Assembly (NCBI GenBank): GCA_902825905.1
Contig: CADECO010000002.1
Coordinates: forward strand, 1-58,576
DNA from: an uncultured beta proteobacterium
Lineage (GTDB): Bacteria > Pseudomonadota > Gammaproteobacteria > Burkholderiales > SG8-39
DNA length: 58,576 nt
Direction of reading: 5' to 3'
Numbering within the stretch: position 1 is the stretch's first letter; every line of letters begins with the position of its first letter. Shown piece by piece: positions 42,148-51,694 of this stretch. The translations under genes were made by a program, and so were the position numbers. The notes under the pieces were generated by a model. It was not told the DNA's origin. It searched no databases and was given only the letters and a program-made list of their open reading frames with translations.

Positions 42148-43365
42148 TCAGTGAAGAACGACGAACTCGGCCTTGAGATTGAGGAAGTGGACCTGGGTGG
42201 CAATCTCATCGGCATAGGTGGGGTTGGTGCAGACGATCACGTCTGGCTTCAGTGAGGCCAGCTCTTCAGGGCTCACTACGCGCTGCCCGGTCTTGGGTAG
42301 ATAGCGTCCTTGCCGCTCGACGTTCACGTCAGCGACGACCTCCACCCAGTCCGCAGCTTCCTCGCAATTGGAAAGCAGGGAAATCGCGCGCATCCCCGCT
42401 GCCCACATGGCGACGCGCTTGTTCTCGCGCCGGTACTGCGCAAAACGTGTAGACCAGTCCTGCACGCGCGATTCGTAGTGGCGAGCGAAGTCAACGGTTT
42501 GTCGAGTCGTGGAGATGACATTCTCGCGTGTTTCGACTTCGTGCGCCTTAGGCGGCGTCTGCGCAGGCCTCGATTCGATGTCGAAGTGAGCACCGTCGAG
42601 CGCCGCGCGAATGTCTAAGACTTCAAAATCGCACTCTCTAAACAGACGGGCCAGGGAACTCGCAGTGAAGAAGCAGCCGGCTTCGTACATCACGTACCAC
42701 ACGACTTTCGAATCGAACGCCAGGCTACTGTTTGAGGTGTGAAAATGGACGATCGTATCGAGGTGTGATCCGAGTGCGTTGCGCACCGACCGGAGAAACT
42801 CGCGCGGCGCAGGGATGTATTGAAGGCAGCCGCGACACACGACCAGGTCAGGCCGAAGCGCAGAAGCGGTGGAATCGTAGTAAGCGCGGTGAATCTCGAG
42901 CCGATCACTCTCGGCCTGCGACAGGCCCGGATCGATGAAGGTGGGATCGAAGCCGATGGCGCGTCCGATGCCGTTGTCCAGCATCATGCGTAGAAAATCA
43001 CCCTTGCCGCAGGCGATTTCGAGAGCGGTCTTGCCTTCCAACCCGAAGCGCTGCTTCAACCTGGCGACTGTGTCGGCCGCATACTTGCGGTATGTCGGCG
43101 AATAGAACTGCGAGAGGTTGTATTCGGGCTCGAAACCGACCAGATCGGGCTCGAAGCAGCTGTTCCAGATGTGGCCGCAGTCGTGGCAATTGCAGAGGGC
43201 TATGTCAGCCAATGGTGAGTGGAGTGCCTGCTCACGGGTCGGAGCCAAGTAGCCGCATCGCGTGGGTTGATCGCGGCGACGAAAGAACTCGGCGACGTCA
43301 ACGCCCTGGCACACCGGGCAGGCTAACGAGTCAGCATCAAGCGTTCGAGCGTCATTGACGGCCAT
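42148..43365 (-). CDS. Class I SAM-dependent methyltransferase with N-terminal Zn-ribbon and C-methyltransferase-type C-terminal domain
   Basis: N-terminal CPVCQG...C..CGH. SAM motif I ALEIACGKGDFL. The layout (Zn-binding domain, methyltransferase, C-terminal Rossmann-like domain with VAMWAAG...) is what I recall for sugar/natural-product C-methyltransferases of the TylC3/NovU type. Confidence 0.75.
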   Translation of the reverse strand: MAVNDARTLDADSLACPVCQGVDVAEFFRRRDQPTRCGYLAPTREQALHSPLADIALCNCHDCGHIWNSCFEPDLVGFEPEYNLSQFYSPTYRKYAADTVARLKQRFGLEGKTALEIACGKGDFLRMMLDNGIGRAIGFDPTFIDPGLSQAESDRLEIHRAYYDSTASALRPDLVVCRGCLQYIPAPREFLRSVRNALGSHLDTIVHFHTSNSSLAFDSKVVWYVMYEAGCFFTASSLARLFRECDFEVLDIRAALDGAHFDIESRPAQTPPKAHEVETRENVISTTRQTVDFARHYESRVQDWSTRFAQYRRENKRVAMWAAGMRAISLLSNCEEAADWVEVVADVNVERQGRYLPKTGQRVVSPEELASLKPDVIVCTNPTYADEIATQVHFLNLKAEFVVLH

Positions 43366-43435
43366 GGCTCCTCCCTCCGATGAATCGCCTGTCGCCTGCG
43401 CACCACCCAGGTACTTAGGGCGTTTAGTATTTATT

Positions 43436-43453
43436 TTGGAAACGCGTTTCCAA
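43436..43453. promoter_or_regulatory. Perfect 18-bp palindrome TTGGAAACGCGTTTCCAA upstream of the methyltransferase gene (candidate operator)
   Basis: An exact inverted repeat in the AT-richer 5' region, about 70 nt upstream of the ATG at 43365 on the minus strand. Confidence 0.4.
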
Positions 43454-43539
43454 CTTCATACGCTTCTGCTGTGATCGTGTCTATCGTCGCGCGTGACCGG
43501 CCGAGGCCGCGCAACGATTTGTTGCAGGACCCAGACTTA

Positions 43540-44117
43540 CTGCGCTGCGATTTCCCGGCACGACGTTTCGGCAATCACGATCAATGCCCACGCTTCCGAG
43601 GTGGCATCCCGCACCTTCGACGGCAGCAGCGAGTGCTCGAGATCACCCATGAGGAGATCGGCGCCCGCATGCCGATCGTGCATGGCAGCCGAGCAGCGCA
43701 AAGAACTGGAACAACTGTGCCGTTACATCACCCGGCCTGCGATCGCCAACGGCCGACTCAGTCGCAACCGCACCGGTGATGTCGTACTGCGCCTGAAGAG
43801 TGCGTACCAGGAGGGCACGACTCACGTCGTGATCTTGCCGCCGGAGTTCATGCAGCCTGGAGGGAAGACAGGGCCCTTCCTCCCCGTCTAGCCGCCCTGG
43901 TACCGCGTCCACGCTTGCACCTGATTCGGTTCCACGGCGTGCTTGCCCAACGGTCGAATCAATGCGGCCAAGCTGCGTGCCCGGGTCATACCCCCTACCG
44001 CAGATCATGACGCGCAGCCCTGCACCGATCATGCGCCCGCGGCCCCCGCGCGCATGAGCTGGGCGCGCCTGCTCAAGCGCGTGTTCGATCACCGTATCAA
44101 CTGCAGCTCGCGCAATC
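43540..44117 (+). mobile_element. IS91-family transposase C-terminal remnant (fragment 2), frameshifted
   Basis: ...EQRKELEQLCRYITRPAIANGRLSRNRTGDVVLRLKSAYQEGTTHVVILPPEFMQ, then a 35-nt hairpin insert (43857-43891) carrying a stop. It resumes in another frame as AALVPRPRLHLIRFHGVLA... and later MSWARLLKRVFD. Confidence 0.7.
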
Positions 44118-44375
44118 GATCCGCCCGATGCCGTTCGCATCACCCATCCTTTTCATCCCTTGTGCGGGCAAGCGCTCGAGATCGTCGCGCAGCGCATCCA
44201 GTGGGGTGAGGATCGGGTCTTCTATCGCGACCGGCAAGGACACCGCGCATCGCTACCGACACGGTGGACGAGTCTGTCGCCCGCGGATCCGTACCTCGCA
44301 GTGGGGGCGGGAAGGTCGCGGTTTCGCGTTCCAGATCTGATTGATCTCGCGGCCCTGCTGGCGGTGCTGCGGTGA
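44118..44375 (+). pseudogene. DUF5372 (Y4bD/Y4pK-like) protein fragment
   Basis: DPPDAVRITHPFHPLCGQALEIVAQRIQWGEDRVFYRDRQGHRASLPTRWTSLSPADPYLAVGAGRSRFRVPDLIDLAALLAVL resembles the small proteins I recall beside recombinase-in-trio elements (ITHPFHPL.G......WTD......F..GR..FR..DL..L). It lacks its own start and is fused to the IS91 debris. Confidence 0.4.
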
Positions 44376-44598
44376 GGACCATCGCGATGATCAGGGGCGA
44401 ATACTGTAAAAGAAATTTCGCCTCAGGTGTAAAGAACATTATGCCCAGAGCTAGGCGTCGATGCACGCGCCGAGTCTCGGCGTTTCTCCATAATTCAAGC
44501 GGAGATTGGGGCAGCTACCGACAGAAGTCCTTTGAAAATGATCAAAGTGATAGGCATAATTACATTTACATATTCTGACGCACTGCTCCGGGAGCCTC

Positions 44599-45066
44599 AT
44601 GGCCAAGTCAAAAGCCCCCGATCCCAAGCTCGATGCCCTGCGCCAGCAGGGGAGCCTCAACCCACATCCGCAGCGGGTCACCGACCCGCTGTTTGCCTCG
44701 GCCGATTTCTTCGACCGGCGCGATCTGGTCCAGGTCAAGTACGAGATGGTGCGACGCGTGCGCACCGACGGGCACTCGGTCGCGCAGAGCGCCAAGGCGT
44801 TCGGCTTGTCGCGCCCCTCGTTCTATCAGGCCCAAGCGGCCCTGGAGCGCGAGGGCCTTTCGGGTCTGCTTGCCAAGAAACGCGGACCGCGCCGCGCGCA
44901 CAAGCTGGGTACCGAGGTGATGGGCTTTGTCCAAGCGCTGTTGTCGCAGGAGCCCACGCTCAGTTCCGCGGAGCTGGCCGCTCGAGTCCGCCAGCGTTTC
45001 AAGCTCCAGGTGCATTCACGCAGCATCGAGCGGGCACTGGTTCGACAGGAAAAAAAACGGCTGTGA
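44599..45066 (+). CDS. Helix-turn-helix protein preceding a serine recombinase
   Basis: HTH GHSVAQSAKAFGLSRPSFYQAQAALEREG, then a second winged-helix-like part. It is the first gene of a three-gene overlapping set (GTGA and ATGA overlaps). Confidence 0.65.
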   Translation: MAKSKAPDPKLDALRQQGSLNPHPQRVTDPLFASADFFDRRDLVQVKYEMVRRVRTDGHSVAQSAKAFGLSRPSFYQAQAALEREGLSGLLAKKRGPRRAHKLGTEVMGFVQALLSQEPTLSSAELAARVRQRFKLQVHSRSIERALVRQEKKRL

Positions 45067-45347
45067 CGAGTCGCGTCGCGATCAGCGATGAGGCCCAGGC
45101 GTCAGTGCGGGCCTACGAGGCGTTGCGTGGCCACGTGCTCGCCGGCGCCAGCGCCGGTGGCAGTCATGCCGGGCTGGTGCTGCTGCTGCGCCAAGGCGTG
45201 GCGGCCTGGATGGCGCGGCGCTTGACGTGCGCCGCCCCTGCTGCGGCATGCACGAACGCGCGCCTCGTGGGCGAGGAGATCCACGCGGGCGTCGTGCGGG
45301 TGCTGGCCAGCATGGCCATGGCCGCGCAACAGGAGGGCCGCGTATGA
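45063..45347 (+). CDS. Hypothetical small protein (middle gene of the recombinase set)
   Basis: GTG at 45063 overlaps the upstream stop, and its stop overlaps the recombinase ATG. The product is Ala-rich and I recognise no family. Confidence 0.35.
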   Translation: MTSRVAISDEAQASVRAYEALRGHVLAGASAGGSHAGLVLLLRQGVAAWMARRLTCAAPAAACTNARLVGEEIHAGVVRVLASMAMAAQQEGRV

Positions 45348-47346
45348 GTCACGACACGCACCAGAAAGTCACCGCCAGCCACTTGCGCCGAAATGCCTAC
45401 CTCTACGTGCGCCAGTCAACCATGCGCCAAGTGCTGGAGAACACCGAGAGCACCGAGCGCCAGTACGCCTTGCGCCAGCGCGCCGTGACGCTGGGCTGGC
45501 CCAATGAGCGCGTGATCGTCATCGATTCGGACCTCGGACTGTCGGGGGCCTGCGCGAGCGATCGCGAAGGCTTCCAGAAGCTGGTCGCCGAGGTCGGACT
45601 GGGCCGCGCGGGGATCGTGCTCGGACTAGAGGTCTCGCGACTGGCGCGCAACTCGACCGACTGGCACCGGCTCTTGGAGATCTGTGCGCTCAGCGAAACG
45701 TTGATCCTCGACGAGGACGGCATCTACGACCCGGCCCACTTCAATGACCGGCTGCTGCTGGGCTTGAAGGGCACGATGAGTGAGGCGGAGTTGCACGTGC
45801 TCAGGGCCCGTCTACGCGGCGGTATCCTCAACAAGGCGCGCCGCGGTGAGTTGCGCTGCCCGCTGCCGGTCGGCTTGGTGCACCTCGCGGGGACCGGCGT
45901 GGTGTTGGACCCCGACCAGCAGGTCCAGGAGAGCGTGCACAAGATCTACTCTTCCCCACGCGCGTCGCCAGAGGCTCGCATCAGGGTGCGCTGAGCTGGG
46001 TGCCGCTGTCATTGGGCCGCGCCGCCAACGCTCTGCACAACCCCTGGTACGCCGGCGCCTACGTCTACGGTCGGGGCCGTTGGCGAAAGCAAGCCGATGG
46101 GCGCATTCGACACCAGCGCCTGCCAACAAGTGAGTGGCACGCATTCATCAAAGATGCTCACCCAGGATACATTTCGTGGGACGAGTACGAGCGCATCGAG
46201 CAACGACTGCAAGAAAGTACCAAGGCGTTGGGCTGGGAGCGAACGCAGAGTCCGCCGCGCGAAGGTTCGGCGCTATTGCAAGGCCGTGCCGTGTGCGGAC
46301 TGTGCGGCAACCGTATGCACGTTCACTATAGTCACCGCCGGGGCGGCCAGTTCGTTCCCGACTACGTGTGCTTTGGCCGCGGCCGGGGCTTCGGCGAGCC
46401 CACGTGTCAGAGCATCGTGGGCACCCAGATCGATATCGCCGTTGGCCAACTGCTCGTCGAAGCGGTGACGCCGATGGCCCTGGAGCTGGCGCTCGCCGTG
46501 CAGCAGGAGATCACTGCCCGCCTCGATGAGACCGATCGCCTGCGACACCGCCAGGTCGAGCGTGCGCAGTACGAGGCCGACCAAGCGCGGCATCGCTATA
46601 TGCAGGTGGACCCCGCCAATCGACTCGTCGCCGACTCGCTCGAGGCCGACTGGAACGCCAAGCTGCGGGCCCTGGGCGCAGCGCACTAGCAGTACCAACG
46701 CCAGCGCACGGCGGATCGCCTTACGGTCGACGAGAACGAGCGTCAACGCATCCTCGCCCTCGCCACCGACTTCCCGGCCATCTGGGGTGACCCGAATACG
46801 CCGCAGCGCGAGCGCAAACGCATGCTCGGCCTACTCATCGAGGATGTCACGCTCATCAAGCAGCACAGCATCACCGCCGCGGTGCGCTTGCGCGGTGGCG
46901 CCACCACGACGCTGTCGCTGCCGCGCCCGCTGACGGCTCAGCAGTTACGCGTCACGCACGAAGATGTGCGCCGACAGATCGACACGCTCCTCGATGAGTA
47001 CACCGACGCGCAGGCCGCCCACGTGCTCAACGAGCGCGGCGTGCGCACCGGCGCCGGGGATAGCTTCGATTCGGCCAGCATTCACTGGGTCCGCTTCGCC
47101 CATAAGCTCAAGAGCCTCAGGCAGCGCTTGCTCGAGGACGGCTGGCTAACCGGCAAGCAGATCACCGCCACGCTCGGGGTCAAGCGCACAACGCTTGGGC
47201 GGTGGCGCCAAATCGGACGTATCACAGCCCGCCTCTGCAACGATCGCGGCGAGTGGCTATACCGGCTTCCCGAGGAGCTCGCCATCTCCGGCGAGAACAT
47301 CACTCCACGGGCCACGGACAATCCCACTGCAAGAGGTGCAGTATGA
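45344..47346 (+). pseudogene. Large serine recombinase, inactivated (internal deletion/frameshift near 45950-46000 and in-frame TAG at 46687-46689)
   Basis: N-terminal resolvase domain AYLYVRQSTMRQ (catalytic S), ...GIVLGLEVSRLARN. This frame stops at 45994. The recombinase domain resumes in another frame at about 46000 (LHNPWYAGAYVYGR...; Zn-ribbon CGLCGNRMHV). ORFs 46000..46689 and 46822..47346 share one frame and are separated by a TAG. Confidence 0.8.
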
Positions 47347-47850
47347 AAGATGCTCCTTCGCCATCGACATCGAGCACTGTGCGCACTGCGGCGGCACGCT
47401 CAAGATCATTGCCTGTCCTGAGCTTCGTCGAAGGGCCGCGATCAAAGATCCCACCAACGCCAAACGCGATCTGGACCGTGTGACCACGCCCAAGAACGAT
47501 GCCGCGTGCCGTCGTTGCGCAGACTTCAATCCGCTGGCGCGCCACGATACCGAGCTGTTCCAAACTCTCATCGCTGGCGAGCATTGCCCACGCGGGTTCA
47601 CCAACCGCGACATCCGGGCACAACTTGAATCGACATCTCACTTGAACTCTTGCGGGCACGACCCCCGAAAGTAAAGCGCCAAAAGTCAGCCGCACCTTTC
47701 GACGCTTCCACGCGCACGGACTGATCGCCAAGATTCCACGAACCACGCCGCTGGCGCGTCACTCGCTATGGGCCGAAGGCCATGGGCACCTCGCTCTATC
47801 TACGTGGGCACCACTTTCCAAAGGCTTATTTGCGCATCGCTGGATGATCT
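47347..47850 (+). mobile_element. Composite transposase debris: IS91 C-terminal piece (fragment 3) fused to the C-terminus of another transposase family
   Basis: FAIDIEHCAHCGGTLKIIA[CPELRRRA]AIKDP carries the same 24-nt insert as fragment 1 (47413-47436). It is followed by ...FTNRDIRAQL...S.TFRRFHAHGLIAKIPRT.RWRVTRYG.KAMGTSLYLR, which reads across a stop. I could not assign the second family. Confidence 0.45.
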
Positions 47851-47889
47851 GCTTTGCGCGATACAAAGAAGTCACGGAGAAAGAATCTA

Positions 47890-48201
47890 TCCTCACACCA
47901 TGCGATTCACTCCGGGCCGATCGAGTTGAAGCGCGGCGAGACCGTCCGTATCGTCGCGCACAACCGCGGCAAGGTGCTGCACGAGATGGTGCTCGGGCGG
48001 ATTGAGGAGTTGAAGGAGCACGCCGAGCTCATGAGGAAATTCCCGAACATGGAGCACGACGAGCCGCACATGGCGCACGTCGATCCCGGCAAGCGCGGCA
48101 ACATGGTGCGGCATTTCGACAAGCCGGGTGAATTCTTCATCGGCTGCCTCATTTCCGGGCACTTCGAGGCGGGGATGATCGGCTCGACAGTGGTAAAGTG
48201 A
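47890..48201 (+). pseudogene. Cupredoxin-type copper-binding protein, 5'-truncated
   Basis: GPIELKRGETVRIVAHNRGKVLHEMVLG...EHAELMRKFPNMEHDEPHMAHVDPGKRGNMV.HFDKPGEFFIGCLISGHFEAGMIGS.VV has the type-1 Cu ligand pattern H...C..GH...M. No signal peptide or N-terminus remains, and the upstream sequence is transposase debris. Confidence 0.6.
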
Positions 48202-48299
48202 AAATGCGCGCGGACGCCTGCAGGGCAGGTCAGCTTCGTGCGCGGGAATCGGTACGGCGCAATCATGGGCTGCGCGTACACGGACTGGAGCATTGAACG

Positions 48300-48788
48300 A
48301 TGATCGATCCAAGATTTTATCGCTGCGAGCGCGTCGATCGCCGGCGGCGCGCGCTACTGGTCTTGCCGCTGTTCTGCGTGCCGGCGCTCGCGCGCGCGCA
48401 GCGGGTCAAGCCCTTGGTGGAAGTCTGGAAGAGCCCGACCTGCGGCTGCTGCAAGGACTGGGTCCGGCACCTCGAGGCGAACGGGTTTCGCGTCCAGGCC
48501 CACGACACGGGCAACGACGACGTGCGCGCAAAGCTCGGCATCCCGCTGCAGTACGGGTCATGCCACACCGCCCGCGTCGAGGGCTATGCCGTGGAGGGAC
48601 ACGTCCCGGCGCGCGAGCTGCACCGGCTGTTGAAAGAGCGCCCTGCGGCGGTCGGCCTTGCAGTGCCCGCGATGCCGATTGGTTCGCCCGGCATGGATGG
48701 TCCCGTCTACAACGGCCGCAAGGATCCCTACGACGTGCTGCTCGTGCATCGCAACGGCCGCGCGAGCGCGTTCGCGAGCTACCGATGA
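48300..48788 (+). CDS. DUF411 (CopG-family) periplasmic metal-binding protein
   Basis: Signal sequence, then EVWKSPTCGCCKDWVRHLEANGF.V.......D....K..GIP....SCHTA.V.GY..EGHVPA..L..LL.E.P...GLAVPGMP.GSPGM, which is characteristic of DUF411. Confidence 0.8.
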   Translation: MIDPRFYRCERVDRRRRALLVLPLFCVPALARAQRVKPLVEVWKSPTCGCCKDWVRHLEANGFRVQAHDTGNDDVRAKLGIPLQYGSCHTARVEGYAVEGHVPARELHRLLKERPAAVGLAVPAMPIGSPGMDGPVYNGRKDPYDVLLVHRNGRASAFASYR

Positions 48789-48837
48789 ATCGGTGCGCCG
48801 GCCGGCGCCCGACCCGTTTCTTTTCTCCGAACGTCAC

Positions 48838-49047
48838 ATGAAGAAAGTCCGTTCCGCACTGCTCATTGCCGTTTCCACGCTCGTGTGCGCACCCGCGCCT
48901 GCCGGCAACGCCGTCGAGCACCCGATCCTGCTGGTCCAGGCCAAGCCAGCGGATCTGGCTGAGGCCGAAGTCTGCAAGGTCGAGAAGAACGCCGGTAAGG
49001 TCACTCTCGAGCACGGCGAGATCAAGAGTCTCGAAGCGCCTTCTTGA
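48838..49047 (+). pseudogene. CusF-like periplasmic copper chaperone, 3'-truncated
   Basis: Signal MKKVRSALLIAVSTLVCAPAPA, then AEVCKVEKNAGKVTLEHGEIKSLE (compare the CusF G.V..VD...GKVTL.H..I..L.MP.MTM.F). The reading frame ends before the MxM metal site, 34 nt upstream of the repeat at 49081-49170. Confidence 0.55.
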
Positions 49048-49080
49048 AGCCATTGATCAGCTGGTTGGCCTCCTGCGGGC

Positions 49081-49170
49081 TCATCTGCCCGCCGAGCTGC
49101 TCGATTGAATACATGCCGGGCTGACCCTACAGTCCTAGTGGGACGAAAAGGGAGGCGATTTGCTTATCCT
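49081..49170. repeat. ~90-bp repeat, copy 1 (direct repeat of 54368-54460)
   Basis: TCA(T/A)CTGCCCGCCGAGCTGCTCGATTGA.T.CATGCCGGGCTGACCCTAC.G.CCT.GTG.GACGA.AAGGG.G... is about 90% identical by eye over the first ~70 nt. The similarity continues more weakly to ...TATCCTC. Confidence 0.7.
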
Positions 49171-49224
49171 CCAAGCGGAGTTGCCGACGATCGCAGCAAT
49201 TGCCGCCGGGTTGATCGATCGGTT

Positions 49225-50505
49225 TCATGCAGCGCGTTCTGGCGAGGACGAAGCCGCGGCGGACCACCAGTCAGGACGTGCGATCAGCAGCCCCAGCACC
49301 ACGCCCAGAGGAAGGATCAACCAACTGAAGCTTTGCTGTTCGACGGCACCGAACAGCCAGCCGCCAGCCGATGACCCGAGAGTCTGCCCGAGGGCGGCCG
49401 CCGCGGCCAAGCCACCCATCGTGGTGCCGAGCGTTTGCGGCGCGGCACCTGCTGCTAGGAACGAAATCACCGGCAAGGCGAGCCCGGTACCTGCCCCCAT
49501 CATTCCGATCCCGATGTACATCCACAGCTCCGACCGGTGCTGGCCCAACACGGTCAGGGCGCCGATGGCCAGCAGCAGGCCTGCACCCGTGAGCAGGCGC
49601 GGTGCGGCCTTTTCGAGCAGCGACGTGAAGAACAAGAGCCCGTTGACGAGCAACATCGCGATGCTGCATTCGGCAAACATCCAGGCAATGTCTTGAGAAG
49701 TGAGGCCTACGTGCTGCTGGCCCTGCACCACGATGCCAAGTTCGAATCCTGACAGTACGAACATCACTATTCCGCTCAGCCACCAGAGTGGAACAACACT
49801 CGCGGCGCGAAGGTGAGCGCTCGGTCGCACTGCCCTGGGTTCGACCGCACTGCGCGGTGGCAGCGTCGCTGCCAGTCCCAGCATCGTGAGTGAGCCGAGC
49901 AACGCGGACAAGGCGATGACGATTTGGGTCAGCGTTTCCGGGCCAGGAGAGGTTTGGCCCGCCCATCGCGCGAGCATGTCGGCCACGGCGATCAGGCCGG
50001 GGCCAAACAGGAAACCGACTAGAGACATGCCGCTCAGCCATGCAAAACGCCGCGCTCGCTGCCTCTCGAGGGTGTGTGCGGCCACCAGGGCTAGAACAAG
50101 AGGCACGACCGCAGCGACGAAAAAACCCGCTGCACCTCGCATCGCATACATGCCCCAAATAGAGGACAAGTCTGGCGTCAGGAGGAGCAAGAGGCTGGCG
50201 ACATAGCCAACGAGACCCATGATCAGAATGCGCCCACGACCTACGCGGTCGGAGATGATGCCCCACAACGGCGCGCCGACCAGGACACCAGCGGCGTATG
50301 CACCGCTGAGCAGGCCGACATGACGTGCGATCTCGGCGCTGCTCGCGCTGGGCATCATCGGTACGAGCCAGCCAGGCAGCAACGGCATCAGCGCGCCGTA
50401 TCCGGCCGAAGCGACAAACACGGCCGCTGCGAGCCAGACCAGTTGCCACCGTCTGAGCGGCACGGGATAGGCTTGCAACGCGGGGCGCGAAAGATGGGCG
50501 GTCAT
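49225..50505 (-). CDS. MFS transporter
   Basis: I chose the ATG at 50505. About 12 predicted TM segments. MFS motif A-like G...DR.GR (GIISDRVGRGRILIMG). Confidence 0.8.
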   Translation of the reverse strand: MTAHLSRPALQAYPVPLRRWQLVWLAAAVFVASAGYGALMPLLPGWLVPMMPSASSAEIARHVGLLSGAYAAGVLVGAPLWGIISDRVGRGRILIMGLVGYVASLLLLLTPDLSSIWGMYAMRGAAGFFVAAVVPLVLALVAAHTLERQRARRFAWLSGMSLVGFLFGPGLIAVADMLARWAGQTSPGPETLTQIVIALSALLGSLTMLGLAATLPPRSAVEPRAVRPSAHLRAASVVPLWWLSGIVMFVLSGFELGIVVQGQQHVGLTSQDIAWMFAECSIAMLLVNGLLFFTSLLEKAAPRLLTGAGLLLAIGALTVLGQHRSELWMYIGIGMMGAGTGLALPVISFLAAGAAPQTLGTTMGGLAAAAALGQTLGSSAGGWLFGAVEQQSFSWLILPLGVVLGLLIARPDWWSAAASSSPERAA

Positions 50506-50536
50506 CGTGAGAAATCGCGCGCGAGCTGCACCAGCC

Positions 50537-50770
50537 TCATCGAAAGACCATGCCGGAGACATGAAACCCGGCATCCACGTGAAGCACTTCGCCGGTGATG
50601 TCAGACGTGTAGTCGCTGGCCAGGAGCAGCGCCGCACGACCGACTTCGCAAGCATCGACCGCACGTCGCAGCGGAGACTTGCGCATTTTGTCCGCCGTGC
50701 TCTGCCTTCGCCGCCGCCTTCTCGGGCTCAACGTGGAGACCATATTGCCGATCTCGATGGTGCTTGTTTT
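50537..50770 (-). pseudogene. Enoyl-ACP reductase (FabI) C-terminal fragment
   Basis: ...PLRRAVDACEVGRAALLLASDYTSDITGEVLHVDAGFHVSGM matches the FabI C-terminus (P.RR.VT.E.VG..A.FL.SD.S..ITGEV.HVD.G). The Rossmann N-terminus is absent. Confidence 0.55.
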
Positions 50771-50796
50771 CATGGGGAGTCCTTGTCGTGCGCGTT

Positions 50797-51681
50797 TCAG
50801 CGCGCCAGCCTTTTGGCGTCGATACAGTCCGGCGTGAACTCGAACACGATGTTCGTGTCGGGCTGGACGAGTCTGTTTTTCTTGCCGGCGTAGTGCAGGC
50901 GCGACAGCATGTCGCGCATCAGGTTCAGTCGCGCCAGCCGCTTGTTGTCGGTGCGTAGGACGTGCCAGGGTGCAACAGCCGTGTGGGTACGGATCAACAT
51001 CGCATCGCGGGCGTCCGAATACGCCTTCCACCGTTTGACGGCGACCGCGTCGATCGGGCTGACCTTCCACTGCTTGCGTGGGTCGCGCTTGCGCTCAGCT
51101 AGGCGCTTGATCTGCTCGTCCTTGCCGATGTCGAGGTAGTACTTCAGCAACTTGATGCCCGAATTGACCAGCATCTCCTCGAACTTCGGCACTGAGTTCA
51201 TGAACTCCTCGTGCTCGTCCTTCGAGCAAAATCCCATGACGTGCTCGACGCCGGCACGGTTGTACCAACTGCGGTTGAACAGCACGAGTTCCTCTGCCAC
51301 CGGTAGATGGGGCACATAGCGCTGGAAATACCAGCCGCTGCGATCGCGGTCCGAGGGCTTGCCGAGGGCAACCACGCGGGTCTCGCGCGGGCTCAAGTAC
51401 TCGACGATGCGTTTGATGCTTCCGTCCTTGCCCGCGGCGTCCCGCCCCTCCAGGATCACTAGGATTCGATCGCCACAGCCGATGAAGTGGCGCTGCAACT
51501 TGACCAGTTCGACCTGGAGCATGTGCAACTGCGCCTCGTAGTCCTCGCGCGCGATCGAAGTCGGCGCATCGTCCTTGCCCGCGGTAGCTTGCGCCGACGA
51601 GGCATCAGGCTGCATGGCGGCATGACCACCGCCCTGCACGGCCTTCTTGATGCCCTTTCCTTTGGAGTGCTTGTTGCTCAT
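50797..51681 (-). CDS. ppk2: Polyphosphate kinase 2
   Basis: I chose the ATG at 51681. YE..L..LQ.ELVKLQ........RILVI.EGRDAAGKDG.IKRI.E.L.PR..RVVAL.KPSDRE...WYFQRY..HLP..GE.VLFNRSWYNRAGVE.VMGF matches the PPK2 family, including its Walker A and lid. Confidence 0.9.
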   Translation of the reverse strand: MSNKHSKGKGIKKAVQGGGHAAMQPDASSAQATAGKDDAPTSIAREDYEAQLHMLQVELVKLQRHFIGCGDRILVILEGRDAAGKDGSIKRIVEYLSPRETRVVALGKPSDRDRSGWYFQRYVPHLPVAEELVLFNRSWYNRAGVEHVMGFCSKDEHEEFMNSVPKFEEMLVNSGIKLLKYYLDIGKDEQIKRLAERKRDPRKQWKVSPIDAVAVKRWKAYSDARDAMLIRTHTAVAPWHVLRTDNKRLARLNLMRDMLSRLHYAGKKNRLVQPDTNIVFEFTPDCIDAKRLAR

Positions 51682-51694
51682 GTCCCAGCCCCGT

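Noticed and set aside
49048-49110. Possible conserved N-terminus M(Y/Q)SIEQLGGQ... read on the minus strand from both ~90-bp repeat copies
   Set aside because: Similarity ends after about 10 codons at the repeat boundary, and the downstream frames diverge completely. This is most likely translation of a non-coding repeat.
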